Shown here: positions 1 through 7,966 of the stretch, in pieces
How positions within the stretch are numbered: the first letter of the stretch is position 1
Layout of the letters: each line of letters begins with the position of its first letter
NCBI GenBank assembly: GCA_965261225.1
Contig: OZ253456.1
Span: 771,617 to 835,616, forward strand
Direction of reading: 5' to 3'
DNA from: Dehalococcoidia bacterium
Lineage (GTDB): Bacteria; Chloroflexota; Dehalococcoidia; Bin125
Length of the DNA stretch: 64,000 nt
Made by a program: the position numbers and the translations under genes
The notes under the pieces: generated by a model
Seen by the model: the letters and a program-made list of their open reading frames with translations, nothing else
What the model was told of the DNA's origin: nothing
Database searches by the model: none

Positions 1-460
1 GATCGGCAAGATCGTCCTCCAGGGCCCCTGAGTCGGCTTGTCCCGGTATGGGATCGATAGCCAGCTCGAGGCTACCGGCGTCCGGGATGTTCCAGCGAAG
101 TCGAAATGACTGGAGAATGCCCAACGCTCGGCGCCCTCGGTCGGCGAGGCGCTGAACCGGGACGAGCTGAAAAATTGCCCTCCGCGACAGCGTCGCGACG
201 GCCTCGGCCAGATTGATCCCTTCAGTCGCTTCAACGTGTTGGTGAATCCATCCTTCCCCTCGCGAGATCTGGCCGAACTCTTTCAGCAGAACAGTTTTGC
301 CGACTCCCCGCAGACCGGTTAACAACGTGCTTCTCGCAGGACGACCAAGGGCCAGTCGCTTGACAGCGACCTCAAACTCCTTCAGTTCGTCATCGCGGCC
401 AACCAGAGCTGGTGGTGGTGTCCCCGCGCCGGGGCTGTAGGGATTCCTGACCCGGTCCAT
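1..460 (-). CDS. AAA/STAND-like ATP-binding protein, N-terminal part only (gene runs off the window start)
   Basis: Not in the ORF track because it is truncated. My translation of the minus strand from ATG (460-458) reads MDRVRNPYSPGAGTPPPALVGRDDELKEFEVAVKRLALGRPARSTLLTGLRGVGKTVLLKEF... It has a Walker A (GLRGVGKT) preceded by the VGRDxEL motif typical of AAA_16/Orc1-like ATPases. Confidence 0.7.
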   Translation of the reverse strand, partial: MDRVRNPYSPGAGTPPPALVGRDDELKEFEVAVKRLALGRPARSTLLTGLRGVGKTVLLKEFGQISRGEGWIHQHVEATEGINLAEAVATLSRRAIFQLVPVQRLADRGRRALGILQSFRLRWNIPDAGSLELAIDPIPGQADSGALEDDLAD

Positions 461-484
461 CGTTAGATTCTAACAAGTTTTACC

Positions 485-509
485 GCGTATAACTCGATCA
501 GTTATACGC
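485..509. promoter_or_regulatory. Perfect 10-bp inverted repeat, either an operator or a bidirectional terminator
   Basis: gcgtataact-cgatc-agttatacgc, read directly. It lies between the stop of the last dsbA-like gene (548) and the ATG of the ATPase gene (460), in an AT-rich spacer. Confidence 0.35.
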
Positions 510-547
510 GCATAAACTTGATATACATCCACCTGATTCGCCAGAAC

Positions 548-1222
548 TCACCCGGATTGAGCTGCCAGCTCCTTGACCCGCTCGATCAGCGCATCCGCCG
601 ACGTCGGGCCGCGCTCACCGTTGACCAGAATCGCCGGTGTGTTGGAGAGACCACGCGATACGGCGTCGGTGTGCTGACGGTAGATGCGGTCGAGGTGGGC
701 TTGGTCGTCCATGCATTGGGCAAACTGGTCAGTGTCGAGATCGAACTCCGAGGCCACGGCGACCGCGCCGTCTCGCGTGTACGCCTCACGGCTCGGACCC
801 TCGAAGTAGTAGTCGTGGAACTCCCACCAGGCGTCCTGATCGCCGGCGCACTCGGTCGCCAGCGAGGCCATCTCCGAGGGCAGGCCGTGATTGATGATGT
901 GGCGGTACTCGAACCGAGCCAGTCCGGTGGCAATTAGTTCCTCTTCGACGCGCGGCCCAACCTGGGTCGCGAAGTGGCGGCAGCCGCCTCAAAGGAAATC
1001 GGAATACTCCTCGATCACGACAGGCGCATCGGGGTCACCGAGCGAAGCCCGGTCGCGAATGACCTGCACCCGAGCTTCCTGCTCAACCTCCCCCGCCTGC
1101 TCCGTCTGTGCAGCTTGCGAATCGGTTTGCTGATCGTCGCCGTACCCGCCGCCGCAGGCCGCGAGCAGAATCGCGACAGCCACGATGGCGAGCACGCCTA
1201 TCAATATGCGTCGTGCGCTCAT
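548..1222 (-). CDS. DsbA-like thiol:disulfide oxidoreductase lipoprotein, predicted selenoprotein (U-G-G-C redox motif), paralog 1
   Basis: Track ORFs 989..1228 (N-terminus, lipobox LLAAC) and 548..871 (C-terminus) share one frame. The only interruption is TGA 989-991, read as ..EEYSDFL-U-GGC-RHF.., at the first Cys of the thioredoxin-fold CxxC. I translated 872-988 and found no other stop. Start taken at ATG 1222-1220 after GAGGGG. Confidence 0.8.
950..970 (-). promoter_or_regulatory. SECIS-like hairpin downstream of UGA 989-991
   Basis: RNA GCGACCCA-GGU-UGGGCCGC (one mismatch), starting 18 nt after the UGA. It encodes ..ATQVGPR.. Confidence 0.55.
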
Positions 1223-1224
1223 GA

Positions 1225-2148
1225 TCACCCCTCTTCTTCCTGCAATTGTGCCGCGAGTTCCATCACCTGTTCGATCAGAGCATCAGCGACGATCGCGCCG
1301 CCATTGCCGTTGATCCGCACGGTCGGCGTGCGGGAAAAGCCCGCTTCGGCCGCCGCGCGATGCTGGTTCTCGACGGCCTCAAGATGCGTCTGGTTGTCCA
1401 GGCATTGTGCGAACTGTTCAGTGTCCAGTGACAGCGACGCGGCAAACGCCACCGCGCCGTCGCGTGAGAAGTCCCAACTGGTCATGAAGTGGTCGTGGAA
1501 GTCCCACCAGCGACCCTGGTCGCCGCCGCACTCGGTCGCCAACGCGCCCAGCTCCGAAGGCAGCCCGTGGTTGATGATGTAAATGTACTCAAACCGCACC
1601 AGTCCAGTGCGGACCAACTCTTCGATCACCCGCGGCTCAACCTGAGCCGCGAACTTGCGACAAATCGGTCAAAGGAAATCGGCGTACTCGGTGATCACGA
1701 TCGCCGCGGCGGGGTCGCCGACGATATTTCGATTCGCAAACAGTCCTGCGCGGTGTCCAGACTCGATGATTTGGCCGACCATGGCCTGCTGCTCGGGCTC
1801 GTCTTCGGCCGGCTGTTCTTGTTGAGCCGGCGGATCAACCTCAGTCGACGCTTCGGTCGGTTGCTCCTGCGCGTCAGCCTGCTGAGGCGTCGCCGAATCG
1901 TCCGCGTCGTCGGCCGCCTGCTCGGACTGATCAGTCTGTGCGGCCTGCGCGGAGTCCTGAGACTCTGCCTCATCCTGCACCGATTCGCTCTCGCCGGCCG
2001 TGTATGGCGTGGCCGATTGTTCCTGCTGCTCTTGAGCCTCTGTTGCGGCAGCGGATCGTACCTGCGCAGGCTGAGGATCGTCAGCCCCCGACGAACAGGC
2101 CGCCAACAAGAGCACAACCGCTACGAGCGCCAGTCCCAACTTCAGCAT
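1225..2148 (-). CDS. DsbA-like lipoprotein, predicted selenoprotein (U-P-I-C), paralog 2
   Basis: ORFs 1669..2148 and 1225..1629 are in the same frame (924 nt). TGA 1669-1671 falls in ..ITEYADFL-U-PIC-RKFAAQVEPR.. Lipobox LLAAC is followed by an E/Q/A/D-rich linker. The stop overlaps the start region of paralog 1. Confidence 0.85.
1631..1650 (-). promoter_or_regulatory. SECIS-like hairpin downstream of UGA 1669-1671
   Basis: RNA GCGGCUCA-GGU-UGAGCCGC, a perfect 8-bp stem starting 18 nt after the UGA. Confidence 0.6.
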
Positions 2149-2150
2149 CG

Positions 2151-2960
2151 TCAGTCTCCCGCCTGTGCCTCGGACGCCTCAGCCGCCTCGCGGACCTGGT
2201 TGAGCAAGGCGCTCAGCGAGCGACCGCTCGGCTGTCCGTTGACCCTGATTGTCGGCGTCTGCCTGACTCCGTTGGCTCTCGCCTCCCACTGCATTCGCTG
2301 GATGCGATCTGCGTGTTCCTCATTGTCGATGCATTGCGCGAATCGCGCGACATCGAGGCCTTCATCGCGCGCGAGTTCGATCGCGCCGGCACGACTGAAC
2401 GTTCGCGCCAGTCCCTTGAGCAGATAGGCGTCGTGGAACTCCCACCATGCGCCCTGATCGCCCGCGCACTCAGTCGCCATCGCGGCGAACTCCGATGCCG
2501 CACCCAAGATGATGTAGTGCCGGTACTCGTACCGCGCCAGGCCGGTGCGTATCGTTTCTTCAATCAAGCGCGGCTCAAACTGAGCTGCAAAACTCCGGCA
2601 GCCCGGTCATTGAAAGTCGGAATACACGGTGATCAGGACCGGCGCCTCCGGATCGCCGAACACGTTGCGGACAAATGGCAACCCCCGTCGATGTCCAAAA
2701 TCGATCTCACCAGGCTTGGTTGCTGCCAGCTCGGAGTCCTGCTGCTGCGCGATCGACGCTTGACGCTCCGCGCGGTCGCTGCGCTGAGTGCCGGTCGCCG
2801 ACCCATCGCTCTGCTCCCCCGCGTCGCCGCCCGATCCACAGGCCGAAACGAGCAGCCCGAACCCCACCACCATTCCCACCAGTAACGCCGACAGTCGGAA
2901 GCCCACGAACATGAATCGACTGTACTCCAGGCAAGTACGCCAGGCGTTCACGAAACGCAT
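2151..2960 (-). CDS. DsbA-like lipoprotein, predicted selenoprotein (U-P-G-C), paralog 3
   Basis: ORFs 2607..2963 and 2151..2567 are in the same frame. TGA 2607-2609 falls in ..TVYSDFQ-U-PGC-RSFAAQFEPR.. Lipobox LVSAC. ATG at 2960 overlaps the TGA of paralog 4 (GAGGAGGAGTGATG). Confidence 0.85.
2568..2588 (-). promoter_or_regulatory. SECIS-like hairpin downstream of UGA 2607-2609
   Basis: RNA GCAGCUCA-GUU-UGAGCCGC (one mismatch), at the same offset as in the other paralogs. Confidence 0.55.
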
Positions 2961-3844
2961 CACTCCTCCTCCGCCTCTGCCATCTCTGCCGCCCGGTTGA
3001 CCGCCGCTTCGATGGCTTCGAACGTCGGAGCGACTCGCTCACCGTTGACAAACACACTCGGCGTCCCCTGCACCCCGCGAGCGAGCCCTTCGTCATGCGA
3101 GGCGTTGACCAGAGGGAACGTCTGACCCTCGCTCACACAAGTGACGAACTGCTCATAGTTCAAGCCCTCAAACGTGATCTGTCGGCGCAGACCAGCCTCG
3201 GTGTAGAGCGTGCCGTCGTCGGCCATGAAGCGATCATGCAAGGGCCAGAACGCGCCCTGATTCGCGGCGCATTCCACCACCACCGCGGCAAACACGGCCC
3301 GGTCGCCCAGGTACGGAAAGTGGCGGAAGACATACTTGGCCCGACCGGGCGCAATCAGTTGTTCAAGAATCATCGGCTCAACCTGAGCCGAAAAGCGCTG
3401 ACAGATCGGTCAAGTGAAGTCACCGTAGTAAAGGATTTCCACAGCCGAATCCGGGTCGCCAAGCACATGGCGCTCGGAGCGAATCCCCTTGTGCTCGCCA
3501 ACGATCTCCTCCGGCAAGACAACAACCTGCTGGTCTGCCCCGTCCTCCGGCTGAGCGGCAATCTGTTGCTCGGCTCGAGATTCCTCGGTCTGAGCCTGAT
3601 CGGCTCGCGCTTGTTCGACCTGAGCTTGTTCAGCCGGTGTCTCGGCTTGTTGCTCAAGCTGGGCCGGCTCATCGGCAACCGCGACATCTACGTCCTGTTG
3701 TTGTTCCTGCTCTGAAACCGTCGCCTGGCGTTCAACTCGTTGTGAGGTTTGGGAGCCTGTAGCTGCAGGTTCGGACTCACTCTCGGAGCCGCATGCAGCG
3801 GCGAACAAGCCAACAGCGAATAGACAGGCAAGTAGACGTTGCAT
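2960..3844 (-). CDS. DsbA-like lipoprotein, predicted selenoprotein (U-P-I-C), paralog 4 (first gene of the operon)
   Basis: ORFs 3410..3844 and 2960..3373 are in the same frame (885 nt). TGA 3410-3412 falls in ..ILYYGDFT-U-PIC-QRFSAQVEPM.. Lipobox FAAAC is followed by a Q/E/A-rich linker. Confidence 0.85.
3373..3391 (-). promoter_or_regulatory. SECIS-like hairpin downstream of UGA 3410-3412
   Basis: RNA UCGGCUCA-GGU-UGAGCCGA, a perfect 8-bp stem starting 18 nt after the UGA. Confidence 0.6.
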
Positions 3845-3985
3845 AACCTCAGCCTATCGGGGGAGCGGTGACCACTTGACGAGTGCCGAGAGTGCAACTA
3901 TCGTTCGATCTACACCCCCTGTACGCTTCGGCGACAGGGCGCGAGGCTGCCGCTAGGCAGCCTCAGCTATTTCCGGGATCACGTC

Positions 3986-4609
3986 ATCCGCGCGAACCTG
4001 TACGTTGACGGTTTCAATCTATATTACCGGGCCTTGCGCGGGACGCCTGATCGCTGGCTGGATCTCGGACGGTTGGCGCACCTCCTCCTGCCCGGCCATC
4101 AGCTCAACCGAATCCGTTACTTCACCGCTCGCGTGTCCAATCGCCCTGGCGACCCAACCCAAGCGCAGCGCCAACAGGCCTACATCCGAGCTCTCAGCAC
4201 TGTTCCCGATCTCAGCATCCACTACGGTCATCTGCTGTCGAAACGCAAGCGTCGACCACTAGCGGCGTCTCCGCCATCCGGCCCTCGCACGGTCGAGATT
4301 CTGGATACTGAGGAGAAGGGGTCAGATGTCAACTTGGCCTCTTATCTCTTGCTGGACGGCTTTGAAGAGGACTATGAACTGGCCGTCGTGGTCTCCAACG
4401 ATTCTGATCTCGAGCTCCCGATCACCATGGTGCGAGATCGGCTTGGCTAAGTGATCGGCGTCTTCGATCCGAGCGGCAGGCGCAGCTTTCAGTTGTCTCA
4501 AGCGGCGACTTGGTACCGTTCCTTGAGACGCGGTCCACTGAGCGCCAGCCGATTCCCTGAAAAGCTGTCCGACAACCAGGGTGTCATCACGAAACCGTCC
4601 GCCTGGTAG
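3986..4609 (+). pseudogene. NYN-domain (LabA-like) protein, apparently disrupted
   Basis: The frame of ORF 4034..4450 reads ..ANLYVDGFNLYYRALRG.., ..EEKGSDVNLASYLL.., ..VVVSNDSDLELP.. After an in-frame TAA (4448-4450) the same frame continues VIGVFDPSGRRSFQLSQAATWYRSLRRGPLSASRFPEKLSDNQGVITKPSAW* (stop 4607-4609), which looks like the normal C-terminus of this family. There is no ATG/GTG/TTG upstream of the YVDGFN motif before the upstream stop at 3869-3871. Confidence 0.55.
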
Positions 4610-4620
4610 GGCCATGGCGC

Positions 4621-6312
4621 CTAGCCCCGCAACCGCGACATCTCATCCCTGAGCTGCTGCAATCCCATCGGTCCCAGATCAAGCGCCGCCTGATGAAATC
4701 CCTTCAAATCAAACGCGTCGCCCAGCGACTCCCGCGCCGACTCCCGCGCCGCCAGCCATTCCCGTTCGCCCACCTTGTACGAGATCGCCTGACCGGGCCA
4801 GCCGAGGTAGCGGTCGACCTCGCTCGCGAGCATCTTCTGCGGGAAGAATGAGCGCTCGATCAGGAATGGCAGCGCCAGTTCGGGAGTCCAGGTTTCCCCG
4901 CCGTGGTACGGCTCCTGCTCCGGGATCGGCAGTTCCAGGTGCATCCCGATATCAATCACCACTCGCGCCGCGCGCAGTGCCTGGCTACTGAGCAGGCCCA
5001 TGTAGAAGGCGGGATCCTCGAGATAGCCCAGCTCCGCCATCAGCCGCTCGGCGTACAGCGCCCAGCCCTCGACATAACCCGACGTGCCCGCCAGCAGCCG
5101 CTGGTATCGCGTGAGCTGCTCGCCGAGATAGCGCGTGGTCCCAATCTGCAAGTGGTGTCCGGGCACGCCCTCGTGGTAGCAGACCGAGAGCTCGCGCCAG
5201 AGCGGGAAGCGAGTCTCGCCGCCGGTCGGATACCAGGTCCGGCCGGGACGCGAGAAGTCTTCCGACGGTCCCGTGTAATACATCGCCAACGCCCCACCGG
5301 GCGGCGCGATCATCGCCTCGATCTGCTGCACCGGCGCCGCGATGTCGAAGTGCGTGCCCTGCAGCGACTGCATCGTGTCGTCCTGCGTCTGCTGCATCCA
5401 CTCGCGGAACGCGTCCTCACCCTCAATCGCCCGAGCGTCGTCCGACTCAAGGATCGCAATCGCCTCAGCCGCCGTCGCGCCCGACGAAATCCGCTCCGCC
5501 GTCGACGCCATCTCCGACTGAATCCGCCACAGCTCTTCCCAGCCCCACTGATACGTCTCGTCAAGGTCGAGCTCAATCCCATTGAACCCACGAGAAGCCG
5601 CCTGATAACGCTCGCGACCAACCGGGTCATGAGGATTAGCCTTCGGCAAGTACACCGATTCCAACCACTCAGCCATCGCCGCATACCCCCGCTCCGCCGC
5701 CGCAACATTCGCACCACCATCAATACCCAGGCTGTCCACCAGATTCTGGAAAAACCCATTCCCAGTCCCCGCTTCACGCGGGGACCCGCTCGGTCCCGCC
5801 CCAGCCCACACCCGACACTGCGCAATCCCACCAAGAACCTGCCGCTGAGCCACCACAATCCCCTCATCCATCCCCGCCGCCAACGACGCCCGATAGTTCG
5901 CCAGCGCCTCCGGCACCGCGCCCATCCGCTCCACAATCCGCCCGTGATCCTCCTCCGTCTCGCGAGGCATCAGATCAAACACCTGCCGAGTGTTCTGCAG
6001 CGGAGAGGCGAGGATGTTCAGCGATCGCAGATGCTCACCCTGAGACTCCAGCTCGGTCTCAAAGTCAAAGCGCTCAAGCATCACATCCCGAGCCACCCGG
6101 TCCCGCTCCGTCTCCACATTAAGCAAGCGCAACGCCGCCTCCGCCTGCCGACGAATCGCCGACCGCTCCGCATGACCATCAGGAGAATAATCCGTCAGCT
6201 CCGTCTCCCGCCCCGGAATCCCCAAAGAATTCGCCATATTCGGATGGGCCGCCGCCAACGCCTCGACATACCAGTCCGAAATCTCCGAAGCGGTATTCAG
6301 TTCAGCACTCAT
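4621..6312 (-). CDS. DUF885 family protein (HExxH-like YHEGVPGHH motif)
   Basis: ORF 4621..6357. The sequence is typical of DUF885 (..WYPTGGETRFPLWRELSVCYHEGVPGHHLQ..). Start moved to the internal M (MSAELNTA..) because 6313-6357 overlaps an intergenic repeat copy. Confidence 0.8.
   Translation of the reverse strand: MSAELNTASEISDWYVEALAAAHPNMANSLGIPGRETELTDYSPDGHAERSAIRRQAEAALRLLNVETERDRVARDVMLERFDFETELESQGEHLRSLNILASPLQNTRQVFDLMPRETEEDHGRIVERMGAVPEALANYRASLAAGMDEGIVVAQRQVLGGIAQCRVWAGAGPSGSPREAGTGNGFFQNLVDSLGIDGGANVAAAERGYAAMAEWLESVYLPKANPHDPVGRERYQAASRGFNGIELDLDETYQWGWEELWRIQSEMASTAERISSGATAAEAIAILESDDARAIEGEDAFREWMQQTQDDTMQSLQGTHFDIAAPVQQIEAMIAPPGGALAMYYTGPSEDFSRPGRTWYPTGGETRFPLWRELSVCYHEGVPGHHLQIGTTRYLGEQLTRYQRLLAGTSGYVEGWALYAERLMAELGYLEDPAFYMGLLSSQALRAARVVIDIGMHLELPIPEQEPYHGGETWTPELALPFLIERSFFPQKMLASEVDRYLGWPGQAISYKVGEREWLAARESARESLGDAFDLKGFHQAALDLGPMGLQQLRDEMSRLRG
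5761..5793. repeat. Family A palindromic repeat copy lying inside the DUF885 coding sequence
   Basis: cccagtccccgcttcacgcggggacccgctcgg is identical to the intergenic copy at 29157-29189. Here it is translated in-frame as ..GAGPSGSPREAGTGNG.. Confidence 0.8.
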
Positions 6313-6329
6313 CAAAGACCTCATTCCCA

Positions 6330-6382
6330 AAAGCTCCCCCCTTGGGGGAGCTGTCACGAAGTGACTGAGGGGGCCGGCCCCC
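6330..6382. repeat. Family C palindromic repeat
   Basis: aaagctccccccttgggggagctgtcacgaagtgactgagggggccggcc. Related copies are at 8343, 20904, 25874, 25952 and 40447. Confidence 0.8.
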
Positions 6383-6450
6383 AGGAGTCACCCAAAGTCT
6401 ATGCCGCTCCCAAAGATCTCCCTGCTCGCACACCTCCGCACAGATCGCCT

Positions 6451-6725
6451 GCCATCTGCTTCCGGTCCCCTCTCCCTCTGGAGACCTGCGTGTAGACCCA
6501 GTCCGCACGATGTGGAAAAACTTCCCCCTCTTACCCCCTCTCCCTCTGGGAGAGGGCTGGGGTGAGGGTCCCCCCGGTCTAGTTATCTGGTGGCGGCCAC
6601 GCCTGCCTCGCGGCCCGGCCCTCACTCTAACCCTCTCCCAGAGGAGACCTGCGCGTAAGTCACCTGCGGTCTGATTCCGGTCCCCTCTCCCCGAGGGAGA
6701 GGGATAGGGAGAGGGCCGGCCCACG
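6451..6725. repeat. Cluster of family D repeats (ccctctccctctgggagagggctggggtgaggg type)
   Basis: Four full or partial units read at about 6451-6496, 6525-6572, 6612-6658 and 6664-6720. Each is internally palindromic. Confidence 0.75.
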
Positions 6726-6796
6726 ACCAACAAAGGCGGAACCCCCCCCACACACACACCATTGCCAACAAACGTTCTGGTCTCTACCCTGTCCCC

Positions 6797-7072
6797 ATGC
6801 CCACCCTCAACGTCCAAAACCGAACCCTCTTCCACGGAGACAACCTCCCCTTCCTCCGAGGCATCAACTCCAACACCATCCACCTCATCGCCACCGACCC
6901 GGGCTATGTCGCGCTAGACCACAACACCCCCAGGTCCGACGGAGGGCTCAACCACATCAGCAACCGCCTCCTCCTCTGCGGCTCCTGCAACCGAATCAAG
7001 AGCAACACCCTAACCCTCAGCGGCCCCCGCGCCGAAAACAAGAAACGCCGCCGGATGGCTGCGGAGAGCTAA
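6797..7072 (+). pseudogene. Internally deleted remnant of an N4/N6 DNA methyltransferase
   Basis: The 91-aa ORF starts like a DNA methylase N-terminus (NRTLFHGDNLPFLRGINSNTIHLIATDP..), where the DPPY/F motif is cut short. It then jumps to an HNH-like C-terminal tail (..LDHNTPRSDGGLNHISNRLLLCGSCNRIKSN..). It is far too short for an active enzyme. Confidence 0.6.
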
Positions 7073-7944
7073 TGGTGAAGACTGTCTACAAGATTGGTAA
7101 CACCCACATAGAGTCCGAAGCGCTCGAGATTCCGGACGTTGGGGACTGGGAGGAAAGATCTCATGAGCCACTTGCGCGGCTCCCGTTGAGCCCGAGGAAG
7201 AGCGGCGGCGGTAGGAAGCAAACTCCTCCAAGAGCCCCGAGTATAGATGTGAAGATGAATGTACCCAACGACTTCTACTATGACCAGATGGTCACCAACA
7301 ACCCCGTGTATCTGTGGGCTGCGCACTATACCGAGCAGGATGAAGTCTACGGCACCTCTTGCAATCAATATTTGATTGCCAGGGTAAAACCGAAGGACTA
7401 TAGGGCTGACGCGACACATGTGACCGTCTATCTGTCAGCGGTCTACCGTGGAACATTCGCGGACACACAGGAATTGCTGGATGCACAGAAGGCAAGACCA
7501 GAAGGAGATTTCGTAAACAACAACTGTGGTTGCAGGGGAGCTAGAGAAGGATTCTACGATTGGATTCAGCGGGTCTTTCGTAGTTCGCCGTACACCTACT
7601 CGCTTTCTCAAGTACCTGCAACGCATTCGGAGATCGGTAATGACACTCAGGTTCATGCCCCAGGGTTCTATGTTTCTCGAATAACCAGGTCTGGCCAAAT
7701 CGACTGGCAGTGTGTTTGTGGCGCCTGGACCCAAATCGCACCTATGGACCTTGGCAAGCTAGATGTCAATCCTCTTGTCTTTGCCGATCCCCGCTCGGCC
7801 CATGACCACATCAGACGCTTGCGAAATGGCATCCCGCAGAATTGGGAATTGATAGTGGCAGCAACAGTACTGGTCTCTTCGTTGCTCAGCGCCATCGCAT
7901 TTGCAATTGCAGAAGTCGTAATCCCACTGCTCCATTTGCACTGA
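7072..7944 (+). CDS. Hypothetical protein with a C-terminal TM helix, visibly lower G+C
   Basis: 290-aa ORF whose ATG overlaps the preceding stop (TAATG). No family recognised. C-terminal hydrophobic stretch LIVAATVLVSSLLSAIAFAIAEVVIPLL. Confidence 0.5.
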   Translation: MVKTVYKIGNTHIESEALEIPDVGDWEERSHEPLARLPLSPRKSGGGRKQTPPRAPSIDVKMNVPNDFYYDQMVTNNPVYLWAAHYTEQDEVYGTSCNQYLIARVKPKDYRADATHVTVYLSAVYRGTFADTQELLDAQKARPEGDFVNNNCGCRGAREGFYDWIQRVFRSSPYTYSLSQVPATHSEIGNDTQVHAPGFYVSRITRSGQIDWQCVCGAWTQIAPMDLGKLDVNPLVFADPRSAHDHIRRLRNGIPQNWELIVAATVLVSSLLSAIAFAIAEVVIPLLHLH

Positions 7945-7966
7945 GAGCGAGCGACCACATGCCACT

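Noticed and set aside
4448-4450. In-frame TAA in the NYN gene as programmed read-through
   Set aside because: There is no known recoding context, and the gene also lacks a plausible start codon. Simple inactivation is more parsimonious.
4903-6495. 530-aa plus-strand ORF
   Set aside because: It is a shadow ORF antisense to the DUF885 gene, with an extreme Arg/Pro/Leu composition and no recognisable motifs.
6440-6725. Possible CRISPR array (also considered for 29155..29341 and 40447..40698)
   Set aside because: The units are internally palindromic and occur in both orientations. They are irregularly spaced, without unique spacers of constant length, and copies are dispersed across the window. 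That behaviour is REP/MITE-like, not CRISPR.
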